From assembly GCF_963921235.1 (NCBI RefSeq), contig NC_086097.1, positions 182,220,001 through 182,284,000 on the forward strand: a DNA stretch of 64,000 nucleotides. The letters are read 5' to 3'. Numbering within the stretch: position 1 is the first letter of the stretch; the number at the start of each line of letters is the position of its first letter. The position numbers and the translations under genes were made by a program. Below the pieces are notes generated by a model. That model was not told where the DNA came from. It did no database searches and saw nothing but the letters and a program-made list of their open reading frames with translations. This document shows positions 37,320-49,800 of the stretch, piece after piece. This stretch comes from Mobula hypostoma (lineage: Eukaryota).

Positions 37320-37860
37320 TTCAGTGAAATAAAATAATACATTTACTCCCTCGATTCCACTTCTGAGAAATTGGAAGATAAATGCTTTTCAGGGACATTC
37401 ATCAACCTTTATTTCTGTTTCTGTGTGTGGCTGTAAAAAAGCACTTAAATGTACATCAGCAGAGTAACAGCCATTTCTCGCTATCTCCTGTCCCCTCGTA
37501 CTTCTCATTAGTACAGCAGCTCCCCCCTCGTGCTCCCGTGGGTTTTTGCAGTTTAAAGCGTGCTTTCGATGATCATTACTGGAGTCTGACTGTGCAGCCT
37601 ACGAATTGCAGATGAGAAGGGCCTCATTTATAACTGTGAAAAACTATCAATTTCACAAAGGCTGATGCCAGGTCTTTATCATCAAAGCCATCAGCACCCC
37701 ACTGAAAGAGAATTAATCAGATTGTTAGCACTGCCGGAGGTACAGCGCAGGCGAACGGGTACTCTCACGGGATGGTAATGATGTCACTGAGCATTAATAC
37801 ATCACGTCCCTTCCCCCCCTGACAGATGTGGAGGACACACCCTAATCAAGGAGCCAACAG
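37320..37860. promoter_or_regulatory. Candidate conserved non-coding element
   Basis: ATCAAAG (TCF/LEF-like), AATTAATC and TGACAG motifs; CpG retention. Confidence 0.42.
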
Positions 37861-38069
37861 CAAGCCTGTGCTACATCACACTCCTTCCTGAGGGTTCACT
37901 TTCACTGCTTGTCACTTCCTCCCCACACGTACCCTGTGTCGGACCAGGTGGTCAGTAAAGATGGGGAAATCCCAGACCACGCTTACTTTGTTAATTGGTT
38001 CTTTTTTACAGTCTGGAGGTCTTCTGGCTCTCACCCAGCTCTCCAAAGTGTGGTGCTGAGAATTCAGTT

Positions 38070-38510
38070 TACTTATTTGTTCACAGCATTGTGGGTGTTA
38101 CTGTCAAGGCCAGCATTTATTGCTCATTCGCAGTTGCCCTGGAGAAATTGGTGGGGAGCCAGATTCTTGAATGACTGCAGTTCTTCTTGTTGAAGATGCT
38201 CCCACAGTGCTGGTGGGGAAGGATTTCCAGGATCAATAAATGGTAATATATTTCCAAGGCAAGATGGGTACGTGATTGGCTGTGGTGTCTGATGCACTCT
38301 GCTGCTCTTTTCCCTCCCAGTGGCACAGGTTGTGTGTTTGGGAGATGGTGTTGACTTAGACTGGGTGAGTAATGGCAATGCATTTTGTAGCTGGTCCATA
38401 CTGGTGCATCAGTGGTGGTGGCAGCAAAGGTTTAGGTGGTGGATGAGATAAGGATCAAGCAGGTAACTTTGCCCTGGATAGTGGTGAGCTTCCTGAGTTG
38501 TTGGAGCTTC
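38070..38510 (-). mobile_element. LINE 3' fragment (L2/CR1 group)
   Basis: AAGGCCAGCATTTATTGCTCATTCGCAGTTGCCCTGGAGAA is the reverse homolog of the tail at 56830-56925. Confidence 0.7.
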
Positions 38511-38999
38511 TAATTTGTTGGTCCTGGTAATTATTGTCTGTGTCCATCATAAAGGCTGGCCCCTACCTAAAAATTTAGTTCTTTTGATTGTTAATTTTGG
38601 CACAAATAACTCAAATAATCTTGAACCAAGCAGAATCATATTTAGTAATTTAGAACTTCAGTTTAACTCTTCAAATGCTGTGACCCATCCCTCGCTCTGC
38701 TACCTTGACTGAACCACATCCATTCCATCCCCTGATGCTCAGTGACACACCGTTGTTTATCCTGTTGTAAACTCCTGCCACCCAGTCAGCACTTCTCCAG
38801 TTCTAGCCTGGGCATGATGAGATTAACCAAAGTTTCAGAAGCTGAAACTCCAGACTGTGGAATTCCTTTCGTAAACCTCTCTGCCTCTCTTATCTCCTTT
38901 GAGATGTTCCTTAAGAATAAACGTTCAATCTCTTTCCCTGATATTCCTTATCGTGGCTTGGCATCATTCTCTTTCAGGTTTTGCTGGGTTTTTAGGGGG

Positions 39000-39720
39000 A
39001 TTTAGAAAATCAAAGTCAGGTTTATTGCCATCAGCACGAGGACACATATGCAACAGGTGCAATGAAAATCTTACTTGCAACTGCATCACAGGCACATAAC
39101 ATCTTATAAGCAGCATTCAAAGAAAAACAAATTAATCACAAACTATATACAATCTTTACAAGAAAGAACATATTTGGAGAAAAAGGATATCCATTTTAGT
39201 GCAAAGTAATCTAAGTGGACACACTTTGTGGATACCTCCTATACTGAGGTAGTGATTATAGTTTTGCTGGTTGGTTCAAGAACTGAATAGTTGAAGGGAA
39301 GTGGCTGTTCTTGAATCTGGTGGTGTGGAACTTAAGGCTTCTGTACTCTTACCCAGTGGTAGCTGCAAGAAGATGGCATGGCCCAGATGGTGGGGATCTT
39401 TGATTATAGATGTTGATTATAGATCTTTTGATTATGGATGTTGCCCCTGTAGATACTACCAATGATTGGGAGGGAGATGCCCACGATGTATTGGTCTACG
39501 TATGCCTCTCTCAATAGCTTCTTACATTCCTGTGCATTCGAATTGCTGTGCCAGACCATGATGCTGCCAGTTTGGATACTTGCAACAGTACATCCATAGA
39601 AGATTGTTAGTGTGTTCAATAACAAGCTCAATCTCCTTAACCTCCAAAGAAAGCAAAGTTGGTGGTGCAACTTCCTTGTGATTTCATTTATGTGCTGGGC
39701 CCAGTACAAGTCATCCCATA
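39000..39720 (-). mobile_element. Rex1/Babar-type LINE 3' fragment
   Basis: WAQHINEITRKLHHQLCFLWRLRR..TLTIFYGCTVASIQTGSIMVW. Confidence 0.8.
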
Positions 39721-40029
39721 TGTTGAATTTATGAATTCTGGAAGATTCTAGAAATACTCTCAGGATAAGTTACCATTAATGCCAGGCTCCACCCACCTTC
39801 TCAGAGGTTGTACATGAATTCTCAACCTCAGTGTTGTGATTGCTGAGTTTATTCAAGGCCATTTGGTTGCTGCTGAGGGAATGAAGGGAAGCAGAGATTC
39901 AGTGGGGAAGTATTACACAGTGGATCAGGATCGGAATACAGACTGTGGGACCTACTTCTCATCCTGCTCCTTGTATTCTTAAAATTCCCAAAAGGTTCCA
40001 GAAGGGATAAGCCCCAAGAGATTTCTACA

Positions 40030-40850
40030 GGGATAAGCCTCATTAGCTGCCAATTAATAGTGAATAATCCCATTAAATTCTGAGAAAGTTAACCTGTTTA
40101 AGATTTTTTTGAAGATAAAACACTGATTGATTCCTTTAGGGATAAACCCTTTTAAAGTCTTCTGTCACCTCTCTGCCCTGCCCGTCAGTCCCTCCAGATT
40201 TAATTGTCCAGGGGTTAAAGTACTCAGGAAGCAGCACCAATAGATTATATTTGCCTAACTGATTGCATTAGGCTCAACAAGCTGCACGATTAGTGTAAAT
40301 TACCAATGTCATTGGTGCCAGCCTTAATTAAAAATTCACAGCTATGGTCACAATTTTGTTCCATTTCAGCCTCAAAGATTGAGCCCAGTTCTCAGTGTGA
40401 GGTTGGATGTGTGGTGCCTTTAAGTAAAAAGCTGTGTGAACCATGCGTGTTCCTCTGACTGCTCACCTGGTGTGGTGCTGGGTGGGGGCTTTTCCTTTGG
40501 CCCCAACCCTAGTGTCTGAGCCCCTCCTTGATGTTGATCACTGCCTCCTTGATGATCTTCTAATTGGGCTGAAATTGTATCTTGCTGCATTTCTAAAAGC
40601 CTCTTTGCTCAAAATCAGCATTAAATTAAGATTTTTAAGAGCTTCTCTTTTTTGAGGTGATAAAATTGAATGTCAGCATTTGATTTTGTTCCTGGTCTGT
40701 AATGAAATTTGACATTTAGTGTTGAGCACAGAATCCAGAGGCTGTGAGCTTGATTAGGGAGCTGTAATTGAGAGTAATTAGAGAAGCCTGCGATTGTTTC
40801 TAATTCTGCTATTAATTGTAACAGATGATGTGATTGAAGATAAATGTTGT
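40030..40850. promoter_or_regulatory. Candidate conserved non-coding elements (two blocks, ~40030-40360 and ~40560-40850)
   Basis: Very dense TAAT/ATTA and TGATTGAT (PBX-HOX-like) motifs. Confidence 0.48.
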
Positions 40851-40939
40851 ATGTTGTTGCCAGGGGCTGGAGATGAGTGAGCTTCCACACGTTCCATCAA
40901 CTTTGAGCACCACTGCTCAGGAGTGGCAGGGGGCTGAAC

Positions 40940-41370
40940 AGAGGACTGGGGAGGGGATGGGATGGGATGGGATGGGATGGGATGGGATGGGAAAGGGGGA
41001 GGACAGACAGGGACAGGATCAGGGAGAACAGGGAAGGGACAGGAAGAGGGGAGGACAGATGGAGACAGGCAGAAAAGGACAGGATGTGGGGACAGGAAGG
41101 GATGAGGCTGGGAAATAAGATGGGGAGCATTTGGGATGGGGGAGGATGGAGATGGGAAAGAGATGAACAGAGACAGGATAGGGGAAGACAGACAGGACAG
41201 AAAAGGAATGAGACTGGGGAAGATGGACAGAGATAGGGGAGGTGTAGAAGGGGGGCAGATGGATGGGACAGGACAGAGGGGATGAGATTGGGAGACAATA
41301 GGAGGGGTGAGATGGGAGGAGGTTGGATTGACAGAGGACAGGGAGGTGTAGGATGGGAAGGAGATGCTCA
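40940..41370. repeat. Purine-rich low-complexity tract incl. (GGGAT)n
   Basis: (GGGAT)7 at ~40955-40990 followed by GGACA/GGAGA-rich sequence. Confidence 0.85.
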
Positions 41371-42789
41371 GAAACAGCAGGAGAGTAACTGAGGGAATGT
41401 AGGTGGGATGGTGATGGTTTGGGATGGGAAAGGGAGCTCAGAAGCAGCAGAAACCCAACTAAGGCAAGACAGAGACCAAGAGGGGAGGGGGTGAGATGGA
41501 GAGAGGATGTAATGGGGCAAGAAAGTACAGCTGGGGCTAGAAGTAAGTGAGGTGGGAAGAGGACAGAATGTCATTGCCCAACAGGAGGAGGGTTTTAATA
41601 GCAACATTTTGGAGAATGGTAAGGTCATATTGGCAGGAACAGGGTTGTGAGAGGGAAGAGGCATCAGACAGTGTTTCCATCAGAGTGGGTCGAGAGACCT
41701 GGTGGATGTTTTGTCTTTGGACTGCCAGATGGTGTTCAATCAGAGGCCAACATAAGGTGAGGATCCAGGCTAACAGCTGTGTTGGTGCATGGATGGAGGG
41801 CTGGACTCGGGCAACGGGCAATGAGAGGAGTAATGGTGACCCGTGACCTGTGAGTAGCACAGAAACCAGTGCTGGGACTGGAACTGCTCACAATAAATAT
41901 CAGTGACCTGGAGGAAGGGAGTGAAGATACACCAACTTGAGTGTGGCTGGCACAGCAACAGGTGGAAAGGTAGATTAATAGAATGAAAGCTGGACTAACA
42001 ATATACAAACTGAGAAAGAGACAAGTTTGTTAGTCTAGCCTTGCTGGTTCATACTAAATAGGTCTTCTTTGGATCAAAGGTGACTGGCCTCCACTCCTTC
42101 ATCCTTACTAATGAAGACTCTTCCATAGAAACATTAACATCTACACTTATTGAGTGTTTCCATCATTTTCTCGGTTCAGGTTTTCACCACCTGCGGTGTT
42201 GTATTTTTGAGAGAGTGAAGGAACATTGAGAAGAGGCAGAGGATTGGGATAGTTGAAGGGCAGGCACTCCACTCTTCAGTCCTCGATTGCTGAGGAAGGG
42301 GCCAGTTTGAGATGGATAAGAAGTGTGCTATTCCAGGGGTTGGGCTGGACAGTGACTGGATCAGCTGGTTTCAGTGCTGGGAGAGCATACGGAGAAACAG
42401 AGCAGAGTAAAGGTAACACATTATGCATGCTGCTCTTTGCCAGAGAGGGATTTCTCAAGCAGACGGTAATTTAATTTCTCTGGACACCCACAGACCAACT
42501 TCACATTGTTGATGACTTTCAAACCAGCTATTACAGCCGGCAGCCTTCAGAATAGCTATTAGATTTTTGCACTCGTTGAAGAGCAGCTTCATTTGGATTT
42601 CTTTTCTTACCAATTGTCGTTTAAGCATTAATGATCTACAGTGTGTGCTCTTCTCACACCCATCCAAGTTTATCCATCTGAGCTGAGGGGACAGTCTGCA
42701 GCTTCAGCTGTGCTCTAGGGAAGAGATCCTCAGCCTCACACATTCACTTGACTGGAGACGGTCGCCCTTTCTGCACACTCCATTTCCAT

Positions 42790-45700
42790 AGAGTCACAGA
42801 GAAGTTGCACAGAATCAGGCCCTTTGGCCCATTGACAATATGCAGAACCATTTAAACTGCCTACTCCCATCAACCTGCACCCGGACCATAGCCTTATACC
42901 TACCCAAACCTCTTAAACTTGAAGTCAAGCTTTCATGTATCACTTATGCTAACAGCTGAATCCACATACTCAGGACCCTCTGAGTGAAGAAGTTTCCCTT
43001 CATGTTCCCCTTAAACATTTCACTTTTCACCCTTAACCCATACCTCTAGTTGTAGTCCCACCCTTCCTCAGTGGAAAAAGCCTGCTTGCATTTACCCATT
43101 TATATCCCTCATAATTTGGTACATCTCTATTCAGAGACAATGCCTCTGTCATCGCTGGGCTTAGTCTCCAAAGGTGAAAGGGCACTGGGCCCCAGCTCCC
43201 AGCACTATGAGGAAAGTCTCATTTAGGGAGGTCATGAATGGAGTCACAGAACTCTATAGCACAGATCACAGGCTCTTCAGCCCAGCTCATTAGTGCCAAC
43301 CAAGTCGTCTATGTAAGCTAAGACCCATTTGCTACATATGGACTGTATCTCTCTAAACCTTTGCTATCCATGTACCATGGCAAGTGGCTGGGAGATGGTG
43401 TCCAAGTGTCAGGCCAAACAGATCACTATCAACCTCCACATCCCCTCTTCCTCATTCAACACCCTGAGGGCATGCACTGGAGCTTTATCGAGGAGAATCA
43501 CCTGACTGCCCCCCCCCCGCCCCCGGTCAACATCACTTTGCACAGTGTGGGAGCCCCTCCTTAAGGCAGCTATCCACCATCCTCCTGGGACAGTTAAGGA
43601 CAGACAGTCACCATGGAAAGGATCTGGCAAGTGTGGACTGGTAACAGGCTGTTTTCTGACAAAGGTGTACTTAGTAAGTGAAATTTTGAGAGTACAAAGC
43701 TTCTGTGTGCTTGTCAGAATAAAAAGGTCAAAATAACAGTAGGGAACCTTGGTTTTTCAAGAGATACTGAGGCCCTGGTTAAGAAAAAAAAAGGAGGTGC
43801 ATAGCAGGTATAGGTAGGTAGGAACAAATGAGATTCTTATGGAGTATAAGAAATTAAAGAGAACACTTAAAGAAATCAGGAGGGCTAAAAGAAGGCATGA
43901 GGTTGCCCTAGCAGACAAGGTGAAGGAGAAACCTAAGGGATTCTACAGATAGGTTAAGAGCAAAAGGATTGCAAGGGATAACACTGATCCTCCAGAAGAT
44001 CAGAACGGTAATCCATGGATGGAGCAAAAAGAGATGGAGGAGATCTTAAGTGATTTTTTTGCATCTGTGTTTACTTACGAGATGGGAGTCTGTAGAAGTA
44101 TGGCAAAGTGGCATCAATCATGGACCCTATAGGAGGCGTTTGCTGTCTTGAGGAAATTAGGGTGGATAAATCCCCAGGGCCTGACATGGTGATCCCTTGG
44201 ACCTTGTGGGAGGCAAGTGCAGAAATTGCTTGGCCGTAGGGGAGGTATTTAATTCATCCTTAGTAGTAGGTGAAGTATTGGAGGATAGACAACGTTGTTC
44301 TGCTGTTTAAGAAAGGCTTGAAAAATAAACCAGGAAATTGTGGGCTGGTGAGCCTGACATCAACAATGGGAAAGTTATTGGAATGTTTTCTAAGGGACTG
44401 GATACATGAGTATTTGGATAGAAATAAACTGATTAGGAGTTTTCAGCATGGCTTTGTGCATGGTAGGTCATGAATAATCAATCTTATGGAGTTTTTTGCT
44501 GAAATTGTCAGGAAAGTTGATGAAGGTAAGGCAGTGGATGTTGTCTACATGGACTTTGGCAAGGCTTTTGACAAAGTCCTGCATGAGAGATTGGTCAAGG
44601 AGGTTCAGTTGCTTGGCATTCAAGATGAGGTAGTGAATTGGATTTGACATTGGTTTTGTGGGAGAAGCTGGAGATGGTAGTAGATGGTTGACTCTCTGAC
44701 TGGAGGCCTGTGACTAGTGGAGTGTCGCAGGGATTGGAGCTGAGTCCTTTGTTGTCTGTCATCTATATCTGGATAATAATGTGGTTAACTACGTCAGCAA
44801 ATTTGCAGATGACACGAAGATTGGGTGTGTAGTGGACAGCGAGGAAGGCTATCATGGCTTGCAAGGGGATTTGGATCGGCTGGAAAAATGGGTTGAAAAA
44901 TGACAGATGTAATTTAATGCAGACAAGTGTGAGTTGTTGTACTTCATTAGGACCAACCAGGGTAGGTCTAACACAGCAAATGGTAGGGTAGGGCAATGCA
45001 AGCTCGATTTCAATGTTTAAGAAACATTGAAATTGCAATGGATGAAATTGGTCCTATGCAAGATCAGAATAGTAATCTATACATGAGCCAAAAGAAAAGG
45101 AGGAGATTTTAAATGAATTTTTTGCATCTGTATTTATTCAGGACATGGAGTCTATGGAAGGGAGGCAAAGCGGCATCAACTGATTAGGGATAGTCAACAT
45201 GACTTTGTGCTTGTTAGATAATTTCTAACCAATCTTATAGTGTTTTTTGGGGAAGTTAAGAGAAGTTTGGATGGGTACACTGATAGTAGGGGTTTGAGAG
45301 AATTTTGGATAGGTACACTGAAGGTAAGGGTATGGAGGGCATGCCGATAGGAGTAGGCAGTTTAAATAGTTTGGCGTTGACTAGAAGAGCTGATGAGCCT
45401 ATTTCTGTGCTGTACTTTTGTACGACTCTACAACTCTACAACTCTACCCATCCAAGTGTCTTTAAAACTTTATGTCTATCTACTTCCACCATTTTCATAT
45501 ATCATGTGCGTTGCAAAAGTTGCTGCTTACACCTCCTTTAAATCTTTCCCCTCTCACCTTAAACCTTTGCCTTCCAAGTTTTGTTCTCCCGTACCCTGGA
45601 AAAAATGCTGTGACCATCCACCTTATCTATACCCCTTATGATTTTCTAAACCTGTAAAAGGTCACTCTTCAGCCTACATCGCTTCAGGGAAAACTCCCAG

Positions 45701-45790
45701 TCTATCAGCCTTTCCTAATATCTCAAATGCTCCAGTCCCAGTAACATCCTCATAAATCATTTTGCACCCTTTCCAGTTTAATGACATCCT
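42790..45790. mobile_element. CR1 cluster (minus 42790-43130 and 43240-43380; plus 43610-45440; minus 45440-45790)
   Basis: WRIDNVVLLFKKG..GLVSLTS..QHGFV; MDFGKAFDKV; AAATTTGCAGATGACACG. Confidence 0.85.
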
Positions 45791-46552
45791 TAATGTTGAG
45801 CTTGAATGATAGGATTATGTATAAAATTCTTCCCTCAATGTGTCTCCATCCTGCTAGGGTGATGTATTAGGTTTCTGTCAACTTGGGAAACACAGGGTGC
45901 CTACAGCACCAGCCTGGTGAATAGTTAGACTGCCTTCCTCATGACCAGGTGTGAATGTCAGAGAGCAGAGGTACAGGCCTTCAGCCCACTATGCTTATGC
46001 TAATACACTACTCCCATCTACCAGTACTCTGACCGTGGCCTTCCATTCCTTCAAGTGCTCATCCAGAGCATTCATCCTTCATTGAGATATACATCTTGGA
46101 CCCGGCTTTTGGTCTCCTCTCCTAACACCTCCTTTATCTGGTCAGTCCCATTGCATTTGACAGTTCTCTTTTGAATCACCTTCTGGCTTTCACTACATAA
46201 ATGCAACATAAAGGCAACTTGTTGCAGAGTTTGATGCTTGCTTTGTACGACCAGAATGTATTGCCTGTTAGCAGTGCTGGGAAGATGGGGCTAACCACAG
46301 CAGTCCTTCTGGTGAAGGTGCTCCTGGGGTGCTAGTGGGCAGGGATTCCAGGATACAGAAACAAAGATGGAACAGTGAACCTCCGTGCCTTACTATCAGT
46401 GTCCTTGCTAAGTAATTCTATACAGCTTCGTCCTTCTCTTAATCTTTGTGAGTGAGTGGATTTTTTTGTGGCTAGATGGGATGTCTAGTCCCTGGTTCTA
46501 GACTGAGTGTCCAAAATCCATGCGCCCACATTGGATGACTGAAATCCTGGAA

Positions 46553-46780
46553 CTCACTCAGTACGGCCCCTCGCACAATGTGATGCTCTCTCAGTACCGC
46601 TCCTCCTGCAGTGAGATGCTCCCTCAGTACCGCTCCTCCTGCAGTGAGATGCTCCCTCAGTACCGCTCCTCCTGCAGTGAGATGCTCCCTCAGTACCACT
46701 CCTCCTGCAGTGAGATGCTCCCTCAGTACCGCTCCTCCTGCAGTGAGATGCTACCTCAGTGCCACCCTCCCACTGTGGGA
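46553..46780 (-). repeat. 33-bp minisatellite (CAGTACCGCTCCTCCTGCAGTGAGATGCTCCCT), ~7 copies
   Basis: Direct tandem copies; the reverse strand shares GCGGTACTGAGGGAG with the 60-64 kb array. Confidence 0.95.
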
Positions 46781-46897
46781 GCTTTCTCCATACTTTCTAT
46801 TGGAGTTAGATGAACTGTTTCACTATAATCCATGTGTCAAGATTATAGATAAATGGAAGGTTCACTCCCTTGATTTTGTGCATGTTTTTAAATTGGA

Positions 46898-47153
46898 CTG
46901 GAGGGTGCTTCCCCTTTGTGATGGTTCAGAGGGTATTTCCCCTTTAAATAATATGATGGAGAAGGCTGCCCCCTCAATGTTGGGATGGAGGATGCTGCCC
47001 CTTTAAGTGTTGGGACGGAGAATGCTTTAAGTGTTGGGATGGAGGAGCCTGTCCCTTTGAGATAGGACGGAGGGTGCTGCCCCTTTTAAGTGTTGGAACG
47101 GAGGGTGCTGCCCCTTTTAAGTGTTGGGACAGAGGGTGCTGCCCCTTTAAGTG
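46898..47153. repeat. ~30-bp minisatellite (GAGGGTGCTGCCCCTTTAAGTGTTGGGAC)
   Basis: About 7-8 degenerate tandem copies. Confidence 0.85.
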
Positions 47154-47599
47154 CCTGCCGCTGGTGGCAGACTGATTTGTAACTGGTGCATCCTAAATAC
47201 GATGTGTTAAATGCGTTTGTCCTGATATCCACATCCATTATCATCTGATTACATTAGTTTCACTGTTACTTTTGTGCACCAGCCTGTACACAGCAAAGTA
47301 ATGGGAAACTGCAAAAACAATTTAAGCATCAATCAAGGCAGCCGGAGAAGAAGTGATTTGCCATGATCATTTATTTCAAGGGCTGGGAGGATGTTAATCT
47401 GCTGACAGAACTTTGGGGGGAAATGTGACACGGCTGTGTCAGTGCACTGATTTCCCTCCTCCTGTTCTACTGCTGGTATGAGTGGGCTGACAGGCAGCTA
47501 AGGGAGGCAGTCAGGTTATGAGGCACACTCACCCCGATGGAGTGGCAGTATCATTAATTGTTCATTTTCATTAGCACAGTGTACAGTTCAGACTCCTGT

Positions 47600-47915
47600 A
47601 ACCATAATAGTATAGCAGTTCAGAATTAGGCCATTTGGCCTATCGATTCTGCTGCACCATTTGATTACGGCTGATATATTTTCCCCCTCAGCTCTGTAAC
47701 CTTTGACACCCTTAAATATACCCAATGATTTGGCCTCCACAGATGCTGGTGGCAGTGATTCCACAGATTCACCAGCCTCTGGTTGAAGTTATTTCTCCTC
47801 ATCTCAGTTCTAAACAGACCTCCTTGCATCCTGAGGCTGTGTCCTATGGTCCGAGACTCTTCCACTATTGGAAACATTTACTCCACGCCCTCGCTGTCCA
47901 GACCTTTCAATGTGT
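47600..47915 (-). mobile_element. CR1 3' fragment
   Basis: MFPIVEESRTIGHSLRMQGGLFRTEMRRNNFNQRLVNLWN. Confidence 0.85.
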
Positions 47916-48479
47916 AGCTTTAACCGCATCATGTCCATGTCTGAATGAGGAAAGTTGGTGCCCTCAGACCAGGGAAGGGAGAGAGTAAACAGCTTCAGCA
48001 GCATGAGGTTTGCAGCCCTGTTTTTTGTTAGCAGCTGGGACATGGTGTCCAAGTGTCAGGCCAAACAGACCACTATCAACCTTCACACCCCCACCTCCTC
48101 ATTCAACACCCTGAGGACATGCACTGGAGCTCTATTGAGGAGAATCGCCTGACCCCCTCCCCCCCCCCCATCAATCACTCTGCACGGTGTGGGAGCCCCT
48201 CTTAAGGGCAGCGATCCACCATCCTCCCGGGGCAGTTAGGGACAGTCAGCAATCACAGCCAACCACGATGATGTTAGCTAACCCTCCTCAGCCAGCCAAT
48301 CAGGTTCTGTCGGTTGAGCCGAAGCCCCAGAGATGATGAACCCTGTGTCTCCATCCAGCCACACCCTGAAGTGACATTTACAAAACTGCAGATGTGGAGT
48401 CTAGACAGAAAGCCAGAAGCTCTAAGCAAACTGAACAGTGTCTGCAAAGGCCAATATTTTGTCATTGAGGGTGTACTTA

Positions 48480-48770
48480 GAACACAGGACAATACAGCAC
48501 AGTTCAAGATCAATCTAACCCTTCCCTTCCATATAGCCCTCCATTTTTCTTTCATCCATGTGCGATTCTAAGAGTCTCTTAAATGTTGTTAATCTATCTG
48601 CCTCTTAACACCACCCCCTGGCAGTGCAATCCATGCATCCACCACTCTCCGTGTAAAAGACTTATCTCTGACATCTCCCCCAAACTTTCCTCCAATCACC
48701 TTAAAATGATTCCCCCTCACATTAGCCGTCACTGCCCTGGGGAAAAGTCACTGGCTGTCCATTCGTATTT
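48480..48770 (-). mobile_element. CR1 3' UTR fragment
   Basis: Homologous to ~14730-15040. Confidence 0.75.
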
Positions 48771-48829
48771 ATGCATCCTACCATCTTTTACACAGCTTTC
48801 AAGAAAAGTAGCTTGTATTTAATAGCATG

Positions 48830-49040
48830 AGGGGTGTAGGTGGCACAGGAGTGGTAGGTGGGGTAGGTGGGACCAGATGAGGAAGGTGAGGAAGGTGATG
48901 GGAGGGTGAGAAAATCCAGATGGATGTTGAATGCATGTGGGAGGAGAACACCAGGGATGAGAGTTACTGAAGTTGGTGACACCCATGTCATTGGGTAGTG
49001 AACAACCCAAGTGTAACATGGTTTTTGTCCTGTTGTTTTC
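48830..49040 (-). mobile_element. Old PLE 3' fragment
   Basis: TMLHLGCSLPNDMGVTNFSN aligns with HLIFRLGSLQPDGMNIDFSN and is followed by a pyrimidine-rich UTR. Confidence 0.6.
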
Positions 49041-49109
49041 CCTTTTGTCCCTCTGTAGCAAGGAGAAGGCCGAGGAACAGATAGGGAATGGGAACAGGAA
49101 CCAGAATCA

Positions 49110-49800
49110 TAGGGGAACTGATGAACAGAGAGATCTTGGGTGCAAGTCCATAGCTCCCTGAGAGGGGCAACACAAATGGATAGGGTAGTAAAGAAGGTAT
49201 GCGGCATACATGCACTCATCAGTCGGGTCACTGAGAATAACATCTGGGAAATAGTTGCAGTTTTACAAAACGTTGGTTAGGACACGCTTGGAATATTGTG
49301 TGCAATTTTGGTCACCCAGTTACAGGAAAGATTTGGAGATAGTGCAGCAGAGATTCACCAGGATGATGACTGGATTGGAAAGTATTAGCCATAAGGAGAG
49401 GTTGGACAAACTTGGGCTGTTTTCTTTTCCAGAGCGTCAGCGACTGAGGGGAGACCAGATAGAAGTTTATAAAATTAGGAGAGATACATAGAGTAGACAA
49501 TCAGAGTCTTATTCCCAAATACCAAAGTGCATAAATTTAAGATGGGAGGGAGAAAGTTTAAAGCAGAAATTTCTGTAGTACCTTATATGAGAATTATAAG
49601 AAAAGTTTTGTTTTTAATCAAGGTGCCTAGAACGCAGCGACTTGGATAGTTGGTGAAAGTAAATACAATAGTAATGTTTAAGACAGGCACATGACGAGGT
49701 TTACGCTGGAGGGATATGGATCAGGTGGGATTAGTTTAAATTGGCATTGTGTGAGCACAGACATGGTGAGTCAAAGGGCCTTTTCCACTGCTACACTGTG
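49110..49800 (+). mobile_element. CR1 3' fragment
   Basis: YKTLVRTRLEYCVQFWSPSYRKD..RLRGDQIEVYKI. Confidence 0.88.

Noticed and set aside
40834..41298. Gly/Arg-rich and Pro/Ser-rich ORFs
   Set aside because: They are translations of low-complexity purine-rich sequence.
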